Below are positions 24,171 to 36,570 of a stretch of 64,000 bases of DNA, in pieces; positions within the stretch are counted from its first letter, which is position 1; every line of letters begins with the position of its first letter. The stretch is from positions 11,408,001 to 11,472,000 of the forward strand of contig NC_043021.1 in assembly GCF_006345805.1 (NCBI RefSeq), written 5' to 3'. Source of the DNA: Octopus sinensis (taxonomy: Eukaryota). Under the pieces are notes generated by a model. The model had not been told where the DNA came from and did not search any database. It was given only the letters and a program-made list of their open reading frames with translations. The position numbers were made by a program, and so were the translations under genes.

Positions 24171-24616
24171 CCCTTTCATTACTGTATTTATTTTGAGATG
24201 TTCTGAGTTTCTTTCAATTAATTTTAACCCTTTAGCATTTAAACCGGCCATATCCGGCCAAAAGTATTCTGCCTGTTTTATGTTCAAACTGGCCAGATCT
24301 GGCCTCTCACACCAACCCTACAATATCGTTTTAAAAATTAACAGCTACCTCATCAAAATCTCAATGCTATAAGATAAGGCATGATTAGTTCAAAACAATG
24401 TGGATAAAAAAGGATTAATTTTGGCAGAATAATGCGAACACTAAAGGGTTAAATATAACAAAGAATTTAGTAAAATAACTTCATTATCATTCAGTTGGTG
24501 TTAGAAACATAAATTATGACTAAGGTTTGGTGAAAGAGTTTAATTCAAAACTTATGAAAACAAGACATTTGTACTCAGAGCCAGAGACGGTTTCAGCCGG
24601 GTTGGCAACAAAAGGG
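24171..24616. mobile_element. piggyBac-like MITE containing a second TTAA-inserted MITE (24228-24448)
   Basis: TTAA-CCCTTT...AAAGGG-TTAA at both nesting levels. Confidence 0.7.
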
Positions 24617-25120
24617 TTAAACTGAAAAACATCAATACATGTCAAAGTGACAAAGAAACGAGGAAGGTACGAGGTGGTCATGAGATGTGCTAAAAACAAC
24701 AGCTAAATCGCCCTTATATCACACACAGGTCTAGGGACAGTATAGAAATGGCTGATGATGATGATGATGATAGTAACAACAATGACCATGATGAGGTGAT
24801 GTGATAAATCATGATAATAATGTTGATAACGATGGTGTCCTAATGATAGCCTTGTTGATTAATGATGATGACAATAACAATAATTATGATATTTATGATC
24901 TACATTTACAATGACAAGGAGAGGAAAAGAGCCTACCTTTGCTAGAAACAAAAAAATTATTCTTCTGTAAGAGACAAACTTTTGATAATTGGAATGTGTA
25001 CAGAAAGGTGTGCAAATCAATGAGGTATTGTCACACCTGTATCAAGGTGTGGTGATGATTGTGCCATTTCACAATAAAATCACATATATGACATCACACC
25101 TTGAATTGTTAAAGAATGAA

Positions 25121-25505
25121 TGGCTGTGCGGTAAGTAGCTTGCTAACCAACCACATGGTTCCCGGTTCAGTCCCACTGCGTGGCATCTTGGGCAAGTGTC
25201 TTCTGCTATAGCCTCGGGCCGACCAAAGCCTTGTGAGTGGATTTGGTAGACGGAAACTGAAAGAAGCCTGTCGTATATATGTATATGTATGTGTGTGTAT
25301 ATGTTTGTGTGTCTGTGTTTGTCCCTCTAACATTGCTTGACAACCGATGCTGGTGTGTTTACGTCCCCGTCACTTAGCGGTTCAGCAAAAGAGACCGATA
25401 GAATAAGTACTGGGCTTACAAAGAATAAGTCCTGGGGTCGATTTGCTCGCCTAAAGGCGGTGCTCCAGCATGGCCGCAGTCAAATGACTGAAACAAGTAA
25501 AAGAA
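25121..25505 (+). mobile_element. SINE family A
   Basis: Similarity to the family A unit. Confidence 0.85.
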
Positions 25506-25688
25506 AAAGAAAGAAAGAAAAAGAATATATATGTATAGGCATAGGTGTGGCCGTGTAATAAGAAGCTTCCCTCTCAACAACCTGATACCTTGGGCAAGTG
25601 TCGTTTACAATTACTTCAGGCCAATCAATGTTTTGTGATTGGGTTTGATAGACAGAAACTGGAAGATGCCCATCATATATGCGTGTGC

Positions 25689-25720
<32 letters not shown>

Positions 25721-25902
25721 ATGTGCATTTGTCTAATACTGTTAAGCAACAGGTGTTGGTGTGTTTACTTCCCTGTAACTTAGCAGTAAGCAAAAGACAC
25801 TGATTAAGTACCCAGCTTAAAAAAAAGGAGGTCAATTTATTTGACCAAAAATTCAAGGTGATGCTCCAGCATGACCAGGGTCTAATAACTGAAACGAATA
25901 TA

Positions 25903-25945
<43 letters not shown>

Positions 25946-25946
<1 letters not shown>

Positions 25947-26050
25947 CGTGACCGACCAGGCAATCAGATTTGTTACACATCGCTGGTCACAATGCGCTTC
26001 GCATTGTTTTAGCCTTCAAATGATGCCACCCCGCTGGCTAAGCGAGCAGG

Positions 26051-26089
<39 letters not shown>

Positions 26090-26196
26090 CGTGACCGACC
26101 AGGCAATCAGATGTGTTACACATCGCTGGTCACAATGCGCTTCACATTGTTTTAGCCTTCAAATGATGCCACCCCGCTGGCTAAGCGAGCAGGCCA
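25946..26196 (-). repeat. Two tandem ~108-bp copies of the family D type-2 tail separated by (TA)n
   Basis: Reverse complement of 58480-58590. Confidence 0.8.
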
Positions 26197-26197
26197 T

Positions 26198-26237
<40 letters not shown>

Positions 26238-26764
26238 AGAGTTTACGGAAAAATAGGTGGTGACAAAAATAGGTGGTGTAGAAAACAAACAGATGTATTA
26301 GTATAACACTCAGGAATAGAAAAAGTCTTTTAACATTTCGAGCCTATGCTCTTCTACAGAAAGGGACACAGAAAAAACAAGGAGAGAAGAAAAATGTGTG
26401 TAGAGGCTACTGATCTATCATGCCGACTGCCGGACAGAAGGGTCACACAGGAGAGCGAAGAAGTAGGGAAGATAACAAAGTAAAGATGACCCCCACAACG
26501 AAGGTGTGTGTGTGTGTATAAGAGAGTATGTGTGTGTGTGTGTGTGAAAGAGTGCTGGTGGTCTTGACGTGTGTTTGTGTAGGTGTGAAAATGTGGCGAT
26601 GGGAATTGGTCAGTGCTGGTGTGTGGGTGGTGTGTTGTGATATGATGTGTAGTGTGGTGTGATGTTGTTGGGAGGTGGGGGAGGCGAGAGTGGGGAAGCA
26701 TGGGTGGGGTTTGGGTTAGGCTGAGGGTTGGGGTGGAGTTGGTGTATGTGGGTATATATATAAT

Positions 26765-27155
26765 TCTTTACTACCCACAAGGGGCTAGACATAGAGGGGA
26801 CAAACATTCACAGACAAGGGGATTAAGTCGATTACATCGACACCAGTGCATAACTGGTACTTATATAATCGACCCCAAAAGGATGAAAGGTAAAGTTGAC
26901 CTCAGCGGAATTTGAACTCAGAATGTAGCGGCAGACAAAATACCTATTTCTTTACCACCCACAAGGGGCTAAACACAGAGAGGACAAACAAGGACAGACA
27001 AACGGATTAAGTCGATTATATTGACCCCAGTGCGTAACTGGTACTTATTTAATCGACACCAAAAGAATGAAAGGCAAAGTTGACCTCGGCGGAATTTGAA
27101 CTCAGAACGTAACGGCAGACGAAATACCGTTAAGCATTTCGCCCTGCGTGATAAC
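26765..27155 (-). mobile_element. Two tandem SINE family B copies
   Basis: Repeated TTCTTTACTACCCACAAGGGGCTAAACA tails. Confidence 0.75.
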
Positions 27156-27200
<45 letters not shown>

Positions 27201-27210
27201 CATATAAATA

Positions 27211-27360
27211 CAGTAGAACTTTGCAGTACAAGTGCCCCAACGTAGAAGTAATTTGCTCTATGAGCTGAGACGCGAGTGAATTATTGATTTGTAAAACGAG
27301 TAAATTGTAAGATGAGCTTGGTCATGGAACAAATTAAACTTGTACTGCGAGGTACCACTG
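27211..27360. mobile_element. Tigger/pogo-like 150-bp MITE
   Basis: CAGTAGAACTTTGCAGTACAAGT and ACTTGTACTGCGAGGTACCACTG TIRs; TA on the left flank. Confidence 0.6.
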
Positions 27361-27445
27361 TGTATGTATGTATGTGTGTGTATATATATATATATTATAT
27401 ATATATATATATATATATTAATATATATATATATATATATATATA

Positions 27446-27623
27446 TTCTTTATTTGTTTCAGTCATTTGACTGTGGCCATGCTGGAGCACTGCCTTTAAT
27501 GAACAAATCAATCCCAGTACTTATTCTTTGTAAGCTTAGTACTTATCCCATCGGCCTCTTTTGCCAAACCACTAAGTGATGGTTTGGGAACAAACACAGA
27601 CACACAAACATATATGTATGATG

Positions 27624-27662
<39 letters not shown>

Positions 27663-27860
27663 GTATGTATGTATGTATGTATGTGTGTGTGTGTGTACAT
27701 AGAATAGGCTTCTTTTGGTTTCTGTCTACGAAATCTATTCACAAGGCTTTGGTGGCCCGGGGGTATAGTAGAAGACACTTGCCCAAGGTGCCACACAGTG
27801 GGACTGAATCCTAAACCATGTGTTTGGTGAGCAGGCTACTTACCACACAGCCACTCCAGC
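27446..27860 (-). mobile_element. SINE family A, diverged
   Basis: Similarity to the family A unit. Confidence 0.7.
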
Positions 27861-27914
27861 ACCTACGTCGAAGCCGGTGCCATATATATGTGTATATATA
27901 TATATATATATGCA

Positions 27915-27947
<33 letters not shown>

Positions 27948-28473
27948 GTTGCAAACCCCACTCCCAAGCCTCTCATATTTCTCTCCCTCGTATGCTAGTC
28001 ACCTCAATCGTGCCCACTCACCCTGTCCAACCCTCTAAATCACCTATTCTCATCCCCTACATTGTCCCTTGCCTGTCCCAACACATCTTTACCATAATTA
28101 CTCTCACTATCACTCTCTTTATCTTACTCTCCAACTCACTCTCCCTTTTTTTTTTTTTCCAAAAGGGTTATCCATATATCGCACTGAGGCTATAGAAGAC
28201 ACTTGCCCAAGGTAATACACAGTGGGACAGAACCCAGAACCATGTGGTTGGGACGCGGTTGGGATCCACTCACAAGGCTTTGGTTGGCCCGAGGCTATAC
28301 TAGAAGACATATACCCAAAGTGCTACACAGTGGAACTGAACCCAGAATCATGCGATTAGGAAGCAAGCTTCTTACCACACAGCCACACTTGTGATTATAA
28401 GTAAAAAAATAAAAGTGGAAACAACGTGGAATTATGCTTAAAGGGTTTTTTGCTGTTCCCGCCACCCTTAATT

Positions 28474-28673
28474 TACTCTCTTTTACTTGTTTCAGTCATT
28501 TGACTGCGGCTATGCTGGAGCACCGCCTTTAGTCGAGCAAATCGACCCCGGGACTTATTCTTTGTAAGCCCAGTACTTATTCTATCGGTCTCTTTTTTTG
28601 CCGAACCACTAAGTGACGGGGATGTAAACACACCAGCATCGGTTGTCAAGCAATGCTAAGGGGACAAACACAG

Positions 28674-28712
<39 letters not shown>

Positions 28713-28875
28713 CGACAGGCTTCTTTCAGTTTCCGTCTACCAAATCCACTCACAAGGCATTGGTCGGCCCGGGGCTATAGCAGAAGACACTTGCCCAAGA
28801 TGCCACGCAGTGGGACTGAACCCGGAACCATGTGGTTGGTTAGCAAGCTACTTACCACACAGCCACTCCTGCGCC
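28474..28875 (-). mobile_element. SINE family A, full length
   Basis: Similarity to the family A unit. Confidence 0.85.
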
Positions 28876-29151
28876 TAATTGATTGGGATAATTATTAAAA
28901 TTTTTGTTACATTAAGTGACTTTCATAAAATACTACCGGTTTCGATGTGTGCGTGTCTATCTTATCAGATATTAAAAAATTCCAAGTCAAAGTTTAGGTA
29001 ATAAAAAATGAAAAATTGGAATTTAAAACAGTTTGTTCTGGAGACCGCACATGGACTTAAATAGGTGTGACACACGAACAACTTGATTTGACATTAAAAA
29101 TTCTATACAAAATGAGTAATATATATATATATATATGTGTGTGTGTATGTA

Positions 29152-29198
<47 letters not shown>

Positions 29199-29336
29199 GA
29201 ACATGTACATAAAGAAAACAGGTGTCTCTGTAGTAAACTAACAAACACATTTTTACATAGGGTGTGTCATAGCATATACCTGTGTTTCCATAACAACCAG
29301 CAACAAACGTCATTGATGAAGAAAACCTCACGACTT

Positions 29337-29387
<51 letters not shown>

Positions 29388-29717
29388 TGCAGGCAGATGG
29401 TTATGTGGTAGGAAGTTTGGTTCTCAACCACGTGGTTCTAGGTTCAGCCTCACTTCGTGGCACCTTGGGTTTAGCTTCAGGTAGACCAAAGCCTTGTGAG
29501 TGGATTTGGTAGAAAGAAGTCGAAAGAAGCCTGTCATGTGTGTGTGTGTCCCACCGCTTGACAACCGATGTTGGTGTGTTTACATCCAAGTAACCTAGCG
29601 GTTCGTCAAAATAGTCCAATAAAATAAGTACCAGACTTTACACAAAAATAATGAATACAGAGGCTGATTCATTCAGCCAAAAACTTTTCAAGGCAGTGCC
29701 CCAGCATGGCCGCAGTC

Positions 29718-30160
29718 TGATAGACAGACAGACGGGCAGAAAGATAGACAGACGGGCAGAAAGATAGACAGACAGGCAGATAGATAGACAGACAGGCTGA
29801 TAGATAGACAGACAGGCAGAAAGTTAGACAGACAGGCAGATGATAGACAGACGGGCAGAAAGATAGACAGATGGGTAGATAGACAGACAGGCAGATAGAT
29901 AGACAGACAGGCAGAAAGATAGACAGGTAGGCTGATAGATAGACAGACAGGCAGAAAGATAGACAGACGGGTAGATAGACAGACAGGCAGAAAGATAGAC
30001 AGATGGGTAGATAGACAGACAGGCAGATAGATAGACAGACAGGCAGATAGATAGACAGGCAGATAGACAGACAGGCAGATAGACAGACAGATCGATAGAC
30101 AGGCAGGCAGGCAGATCGACAGACAGGCAGACAGATAGACAGACAGACAGATAGTAGATA
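29718..30160. repeat. (GACA)/(GATA) compound tetranucleotide repeat
   Basis: Direct inspection. Confidence 0.95.
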
Positions 30161-30456
30161 GAACTTTATAGACGCGAAGGCAATCATCACTCTGTGACCA
30201 GCCTTAACAACCTTTTGAATATATATCTTTTACTTATTCCAGCCATCGGGCTGCGGCCATGCTGGGGCACCCCTTGAAGAACTTTTAGTCAAATGAATCG
30301 ACACCAGTACTTTTATTTTCTGTAATTTTTTAAAGCCTAGTACTTATTCTATTGATCTCTTTTGCCGAACCGCTAATGTTCTGGGGACGTAAACACACCA
30401 ACACCGGTTGTCAAGCTGTGGTAGGGGACAAATTGACACGCACACATATATATATA

Positions 30457-30490
<34 letters not shown>

Positions 30491-30497
<7 letters not shown>

Positions 30498-30615
30498 ATA
30501 TGTTATCCCATGGTGGGTTGAATTTTTCAACCCCTATCTCATTTTATAATATATATATATATATTGGATATATGTTATCCCATGGTGGGTTGAATTTTTC
30601 AACCCCTATCTCATT

Positions 30616-30665
<50 letters not shown>

Positions 30666-30716
30666 AATGAGATAGGGGTTGAAAAATTCAACCCACCATG
30701 GGATAACATATATCCA

Positions 30717-30720
<4 letters not shown>
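30491..30720. repeat. 57-bp unit: two direct copies plus one exact inverted copy within (TA)n
   Basis: ATTGGATATATGTTATCCCATGGTGGGTTGAATTTTTCAACCCCTATCTCATTTTATA twice, then its reverse complement at 30661-30720. Confidence 0.95.
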
Positions 30721-30749
<29 letters not shown>

Positions 30750-31206
30750 ATATATATACGAAAGGTTTCTTTCAGTTTCCTCCTCGGTCAGCCCAGAGCT
30801 ATAGTAGATGAACACTTGCCCAAGGTGTTACGCAGTTGGACTGAACCCGGAACTATGTGTTTGAGAAGCAGTTTGTTTGTAGCTGGTTACGCACAATAAT
30901 TCACTTATCGTAGAAAAGTTTATATATATATATATTCCTAGATAGTTCTTGTGTGTGTGTGTGTGTGTGTGTATACATTCACCGACATAATTGAAAACAA
31001 ACTTGTTTAATAATACGTGTTTTGTTTTCTGTTTTCTATCTTCAGTTTTGAGTGTTTGTACTGCGCTATTGCTGTAATTTTATCTGATTAAAATCATATA
31101 TTAGTTTTTTTTCGTTTTTGCCAAGTACTTTAAATACGAGAGGTTCCCCTCCAACACACACGCACACTGATAACTACCACTTAAGTATACTGATGTCTAT
31201 ACCTAT

Positions 31207-31286
<80 letters not shown>

Positions 31287-31425
31287 GTACATACACAAAC
31301 ATACTTATATAAATCAAACACAAATATATAACTAGATACACACGTACATACATATACTTACATAGACAAACATACATACACAACTTATATATACATAAAT
31401 AAACACGCATACATAGACAAGCGTA

Positions 31426-31467
<42 letters not shown>

Positions 31468-31619
31468 CATATATATATATTCAGCGGATCTCAGAATTAA
31501 ACAGCCGAAATCTGCGATGAGGGATCAGGTTCTGACTGAAGAATGAAGGCTTTGAATGACCCGTTTGTCTTTTTGTTCGTCCCTTCGTGTATTTCACGTT
31601 ATTTATTTATGTAAAGGTT

Positions 31620-31671
<52 letters not shown>

Positions 31672-31704
31672 TCAAACATATATGAATATATTATGAAGAG
31701 ATCT

Positions 31705-31795
31705 TGGGCCAGCAGTGTTTGGGGTCTGAAGATGCGCGCGGTAAGGCTAAAACCCTTATGAGCGAGAACCCAGGGTAACCCCATAGACCGGCCCA
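31705..31795 (+). ncRNA. Hammerhead-like motif with a 1-nt core defect
   Basis: TGGGCC..GGGGT-CTGAAGA-tGC..GC-GAGAAC-ccagg-GTA-ACCCC..GGCCCA; GAGAAC in place of GAAAC. Confidence 0.5.
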
Positions 31796-32077
31796 CTTTA
31801 TATTAGTAACTGCTCCGCTTCTCAGAGTGCGCTTTTCCCCCGATTTGTGTATTTCTACAAACGACATATATATACTTCTATAAAAACATACATTCATATA
31901 TAATAATTATATATAAAAACAAAGTATTGACTTTAGAATATACGTGTGTGTGTATATATATATAGATATCTATATATATATATATATTTATATATAAATC
32001 ACACACTCACATATGTGTGTATAGACGAAGGGAGAAAGAAGTAACGATTTACCTGTAATTGTGTTTTAACTAAACAG

Positions 32078-32141
32078 GTTAAAGTATTTACCGTCCCAAA
32101 CCTTCTGCTCGCTTGAACTGGCGGCGGTCTTAAGAATGATA
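32078..32141 (+). other. Candidate 5'-UTR exon (64 nt)
   Basis: Acceptor TTTTAACTAAACAG|G and donor ATA|GTAAGT. Confidence 0.45.
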
Positions 32142-32159
32142 GTAAGTATTAACTTAGGT

Positions 32160-32518
32160 GTGGTATACAAGTTGGTGGTGGTGGTGGTGGTAGTGGTGGT
32201 GGCGGTGATAGTGGCAGGATTAGTGGAGGCGAAGGTGACGATGGTGGTGATGGTGGTGGTGGTGGTGGTAGTGATTGTTGTAGTGGGAGGAAAAAGTAAT
32301 AATACTGTTGTTGTTTTTGTTGTTGTTGGCGGTGGTGGCGGCGGTGGTGGCGGCGGTGGTGGTGGTGGTGGTGATAGTCATAATGGCAGGGTTGGTGGAA
32401 ATGAAGGTGGTAATACAACTTAATACAACTGTTATGGTGATGGTGGTGGAAGTAAAAAAATAACGATAATACTTGTGTCGGCGGAGTTGATTGGTGTTAT
32501 TGATAGAGAGATAGAGAT

Positions 32519-32558
<40 letters not shown>

Positions 32559-32940
32559 GCCTTGGTGGAGATGTAGTGTGTGGTTTGTAATGGTGATGGT
32601 GGTGTTGGCGGTATTGATGATGGTGGTGGTGGTCGTCGTCGTCGTCGTGGTAGTGGTCATGCTGGTGTTTCTGATGTAGTTTTGATGCAGCTGTGGTGAT
32701 GGAGGCCTTGTGGTAGTTAGTGGTGGTCATATTAGTCGTAGTGCTGGTGGTGGCCGTCAATGAGACTGTAGTTATGGTAGAGATGGCGGCAGTTGTATAA
32801 CGATTGTGGTGATGGTGGTGGTAATGACGATAACATGATGTTACACCGATATTAGGTAACAATGGTGGTGGGGGGGGGGCTGGAGGTGGTGGCGGCGGCG
32901 GCCGTAACGGTGGTGGTGATGGTGATCGTGGTGATAGTGG
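32160..32940. repeat. (GGT)n and (AG)n low-complexity intron filler
   Basis: Direct inspection. Confidence 0.9.
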
Positions 32941-33428
32941 TGAAGTTGGTCAATCCTGATTCAGCATATCTATCATATGATCAAAGATATTCCAATCACA
33001 ACCATTCCACGTTTGGCAGCTTTCTTTTTTTTTTTTTTTTTTAGTATATCGAGGCCGGTATGTCGACTACGAATGGACACATGAACCAATCCAATGTATG
33101 CCACCCTCCCTCTATTTTTACGATGGGGTAGGGTGGGATTTATGGATAAGGACATTTGACTTCTATTTCTAGCAGAGTGAACGACCACGTAGAGACCCAA
33201 GTCATCGACCGATTATGAAGTTGGTTTTCCCGCGAGTGAGCACCGATCGAAGGGACCGTTGATCAAAGGCAAATCTAGCCTTTCCCTTACTGCCGTTTCC
33301 CACCCTTTCCATGTGCAAGGAATACAGAACCACATTATCACACATGTGGTGCGAATCTGAGGTGGATTGGGCTAAAATTTCTAACAACATAAAGCGGCGA
33401 CCACATTGTGGTTTTCTTTCCCTCGTCG

Positions 33429-33551
33429 ATGGACGTAAAAGTTGTTATAATAATGTTGGTGACGGCGTCGTTGGCTATCACCCAATCAAGATTGCTGAAC
33501 TTAGCAAAACAAACAATCTCAGGTGTCGTTGCTTGTTTGTCAAACAGCCAG
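33429..33551 (+). CDS. First coding exon of an unidentified secreted or membrane protein (MDVKVVIIMLVTASLAITQSRLLNLAKQTISGVVACLSNSQ, phase 0)
   Basis: In-frame upstream TAA at 33390; basic n-region plus hydrophobic core typical of a signal peptide; donor CAG|GTAAGT at 33551/33552; poly-T acceptor TTTTAG| at 33044. Confidence 0.6.
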
Positions 33552-34934
33552 GTAAGTGAATAAACTGCAGATGGAAAATAAAACGAAGAACAAAAAAACG
33601 ACAGACGATACAGAAGACACTAAACGAGGCGACGGTTAAAATAACTGATGCATGGCTGAATCCATATATACACGCACGCACGCACACATACAAACACATA
33701 TATACACTGAGAGAGAGAATGGGAGAGGGGGGAATTCTAGAATAGAGAAAGATGGTAGCTACGGTTACATACACACAAGAAGGGTTATAATTTATACTGA
33801 ATAGTAATTGTATTCTTGTAATCCCTGTGTCAGCCTTGACCGAGTAGAGCCATGATCAAAAGACAAAGCATTCCAACCGTGACCATCACCTCTTAAAGCT
33901 TTTCTGGCACGATAGACGCGGTATCTATCTATCTATATAAATGTATAGCTACATGTGGTAAGAAGCTTTCTTCCTAACCACATGGTTCCAGGTTCAGTCC
34001 CACTGCGTGGCACCTTGGCAAGTGTCTTCTAGTATAGCCTTGAGCTGACCAAAACCTTGTGAGTAGATTTGATAGACGGAAACTCAAAGAAGCCCATCCT
34101 ATATATATATATATATATATATACGCACGCACACACACACATGCTTGTATGTATGTATGTATGTATATATATATACACACATACAGTATATATGTATATG
34201 TATACACACATATACATATAAATAATATACATACATGTTAGTATGCATAACCCAGAGACCAGGTAAGCAATTACCTGCGACAACGGCGTAGCTAGAAAGC
34301 GCCACCCAAGACAGGCTGCCCTCTCCCTCACCAACTCCCCCTTTTCTCTCGCTACACTACTCACCTGTGAAGGATTGAACCATACGCAAGCAGACTGGCA
34401 ACTTTACTCGGTAAGAAAGGTGTTATTTATGGACACTCCATGTTCAGAACAGGTTCCAAGTTAAGGAACGCCCTTGACCACGTCTACAGTGTGTAGTGTG
34501 CACTAGCGGGTGCGGTAGGGACAGCCCTCCCTCGGCGGCACTTTTGGGTCTGTTGTAGGCAATATGTGTATTTTATGGGGCCCGGGGTCGGCAAACTGAA
34601 GGGCCACCCCCGGGCATGAAATTTTTTTCCCACGAGAGTTCCGGCCCCCCAATTATGAACTCATTTGCATACAGCCAATCAGAGCTCAACTATCAAACTA
34701 ATTTATGAGCGCATAACAAGCGATGGGCGATAAGATAAGGTCACTTGGGTAAGGAACGACCATGCTTCTTTGCTCTTTTAATAATGCTTGTTGTTTGCTG
34801 CGTAATTATGTGTTGTTGTCTACTTTGTAAAACAGTTAGGGGAGAGGGTTGCAAGCTCATCACCCCCTACCCACATTTTTACCATATGGGGCCCTAACAA
34901 AATCCGGTAACAGATATAGATGCAAATCTATCTA

Positions 34935-35446
34935 CCGTAAATCCTCGAGTATAATCCACATTTTTTCCCCAAAATTTAAAGGTCAAAATCCCTAGTGCGT
35001 ACTATACACGAGGTTAAAAATGAAAATTATTTTCTAAGCAATGTCCGAGTCTCTATTTGCTGTCCGGCAATGTTTATTCAGAAGCATTTTGTGATGTCGG
35101 GTGCGAAAATACCTTAAGCTAAGCCTGAAAGCAATGAAGTCATAAAAGAATCATCCATAACTTGCAATAAGCAACATTTATTAAACGTTATTACTGTTAT
35201 TTCTTTATTTTCTGCAAACAAAATGCACGAAAAAGCTACACGTTTGCATTATGTTATATATACAATAATAATAGAGGACGTTACCGTGTACATTTTTACA
35301 AACCAAGGGCGTTATATAGACCTCCTTGATTCAAGTTAGAGAAGGGGTGCGTATTATACACAAGGTTTAGGTTTTTCAGAGGTACAGCCCCTAAAAAATC
35401 TCCTGCGTATTATACTCAAGGGCGGACTATACTCGAGGATTTACGG
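34935..35446. mobile_element. Tc1/mariner(pogo)-type MITE, copy 1
   Basis: TIR CCGTAAATCCTCGAGTATA; TA TSD on both sides. Confidence 0.9.
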
Positions 35447-36039
35447 TAGTTACTTGTCTCCTAAAATCAAGCATAACTTGGCGATTGGTCGACTTATAAC
35501 ATCATTCTTTGTCTTTAGTTTGCTTGGTAGAGTGTGTTTTACCAAGAGATTGGTTGTTTTTAACACATTCACAAACATTATGTTGGGCTTTGCGTCTAGG
35601 CATAATGTGAGGGTTGAACGGATCTGATCCTTCGTTATCCGTATGGCTGCCTCTGCATAGTTGTTTGTGTACGAGGTCAAAGTGAGCTCTGATTGGCTGT
35701 ATGCAAATAAGTTCATTACTGGGATCCGGAGCTCTCGTGGAAAAAAAAAAATTTCGCGTTCTGGGCGGCACACACTCTAGCTACGCTGGTGGTAGTGTCT
35801 ACACTTTTCCCAGCCTAACAACGTGTGTGCCACCTTATCTCAGCCCTAGCTTTTCGCCCCCTTCTGCCAACTCTTTAATAAGTGTATGTCTCCTTTTCCC
35901 AGCCCCACAACGTGTGTGTCCCCTTTTTCCAGCCCTACATCGTGTATATCACTTTATCCCAATCCTGATTTTTCGCCACCTTCACCCAGCTCTTCAATAA
36001 ACGTGTGTGCCCTTTCCCTTGTCCTAATTTTGCAACCAG

Positions 36040-36197
36040 ATGCAGGCGATTCTGCGTGGTAAGAAGTTTGCTTCCCAAGCACATGGTTCCGGGTTCAGTC
36101 CCATTGAGTGGCACCTTGGACAAGTATTTTCTACTATAGCCTCAGGCCAACCAAAGCCTTGTGGTAGACGGAAACTGAAAAGAAGCCCAGCGTCTCG

Positions 36198-36292
<95 letters not shown>

Positions 36293-36570
36293 ATTGTGTG
36301 TGTTTTTGTGTCTGTATTTGTCTGTATGTGTGTGTGTGTGCGTGTGTGTGTGTGTCTTTGTGTCTGTTTTTGTCCCCTGCCACCGCTTGACAACCGGTGT
36401 TGGTGTGTTTACGTCCCTGTAACTCAGTTGTTCGGCAAAAAAGACGGATAGAATAAGTATCAGACTTAAAAAGAAAAGAAAGTCCTGGGTCGATTCATTC
36501 GACTAAAAAAAAAAACCCTTCTAGGTGGTGCCCCAGTATGGCCGCAGTCAAAATGACTGAAGCAAAACAT
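36040..36570 (+). mobile_element. SINE family A with expanded (CT)n(TA)n linker
   Basis: Similarity to the family A unit. Confidence 0.75.

Noticed and set aside
32958-32990. 18-nt identity (TATCTATCATATGATCAA) with the minus strand near 39170
   Set aside because: Short and AT-rich, and it overlaps a common dispersed motif; not evidence of paralogy
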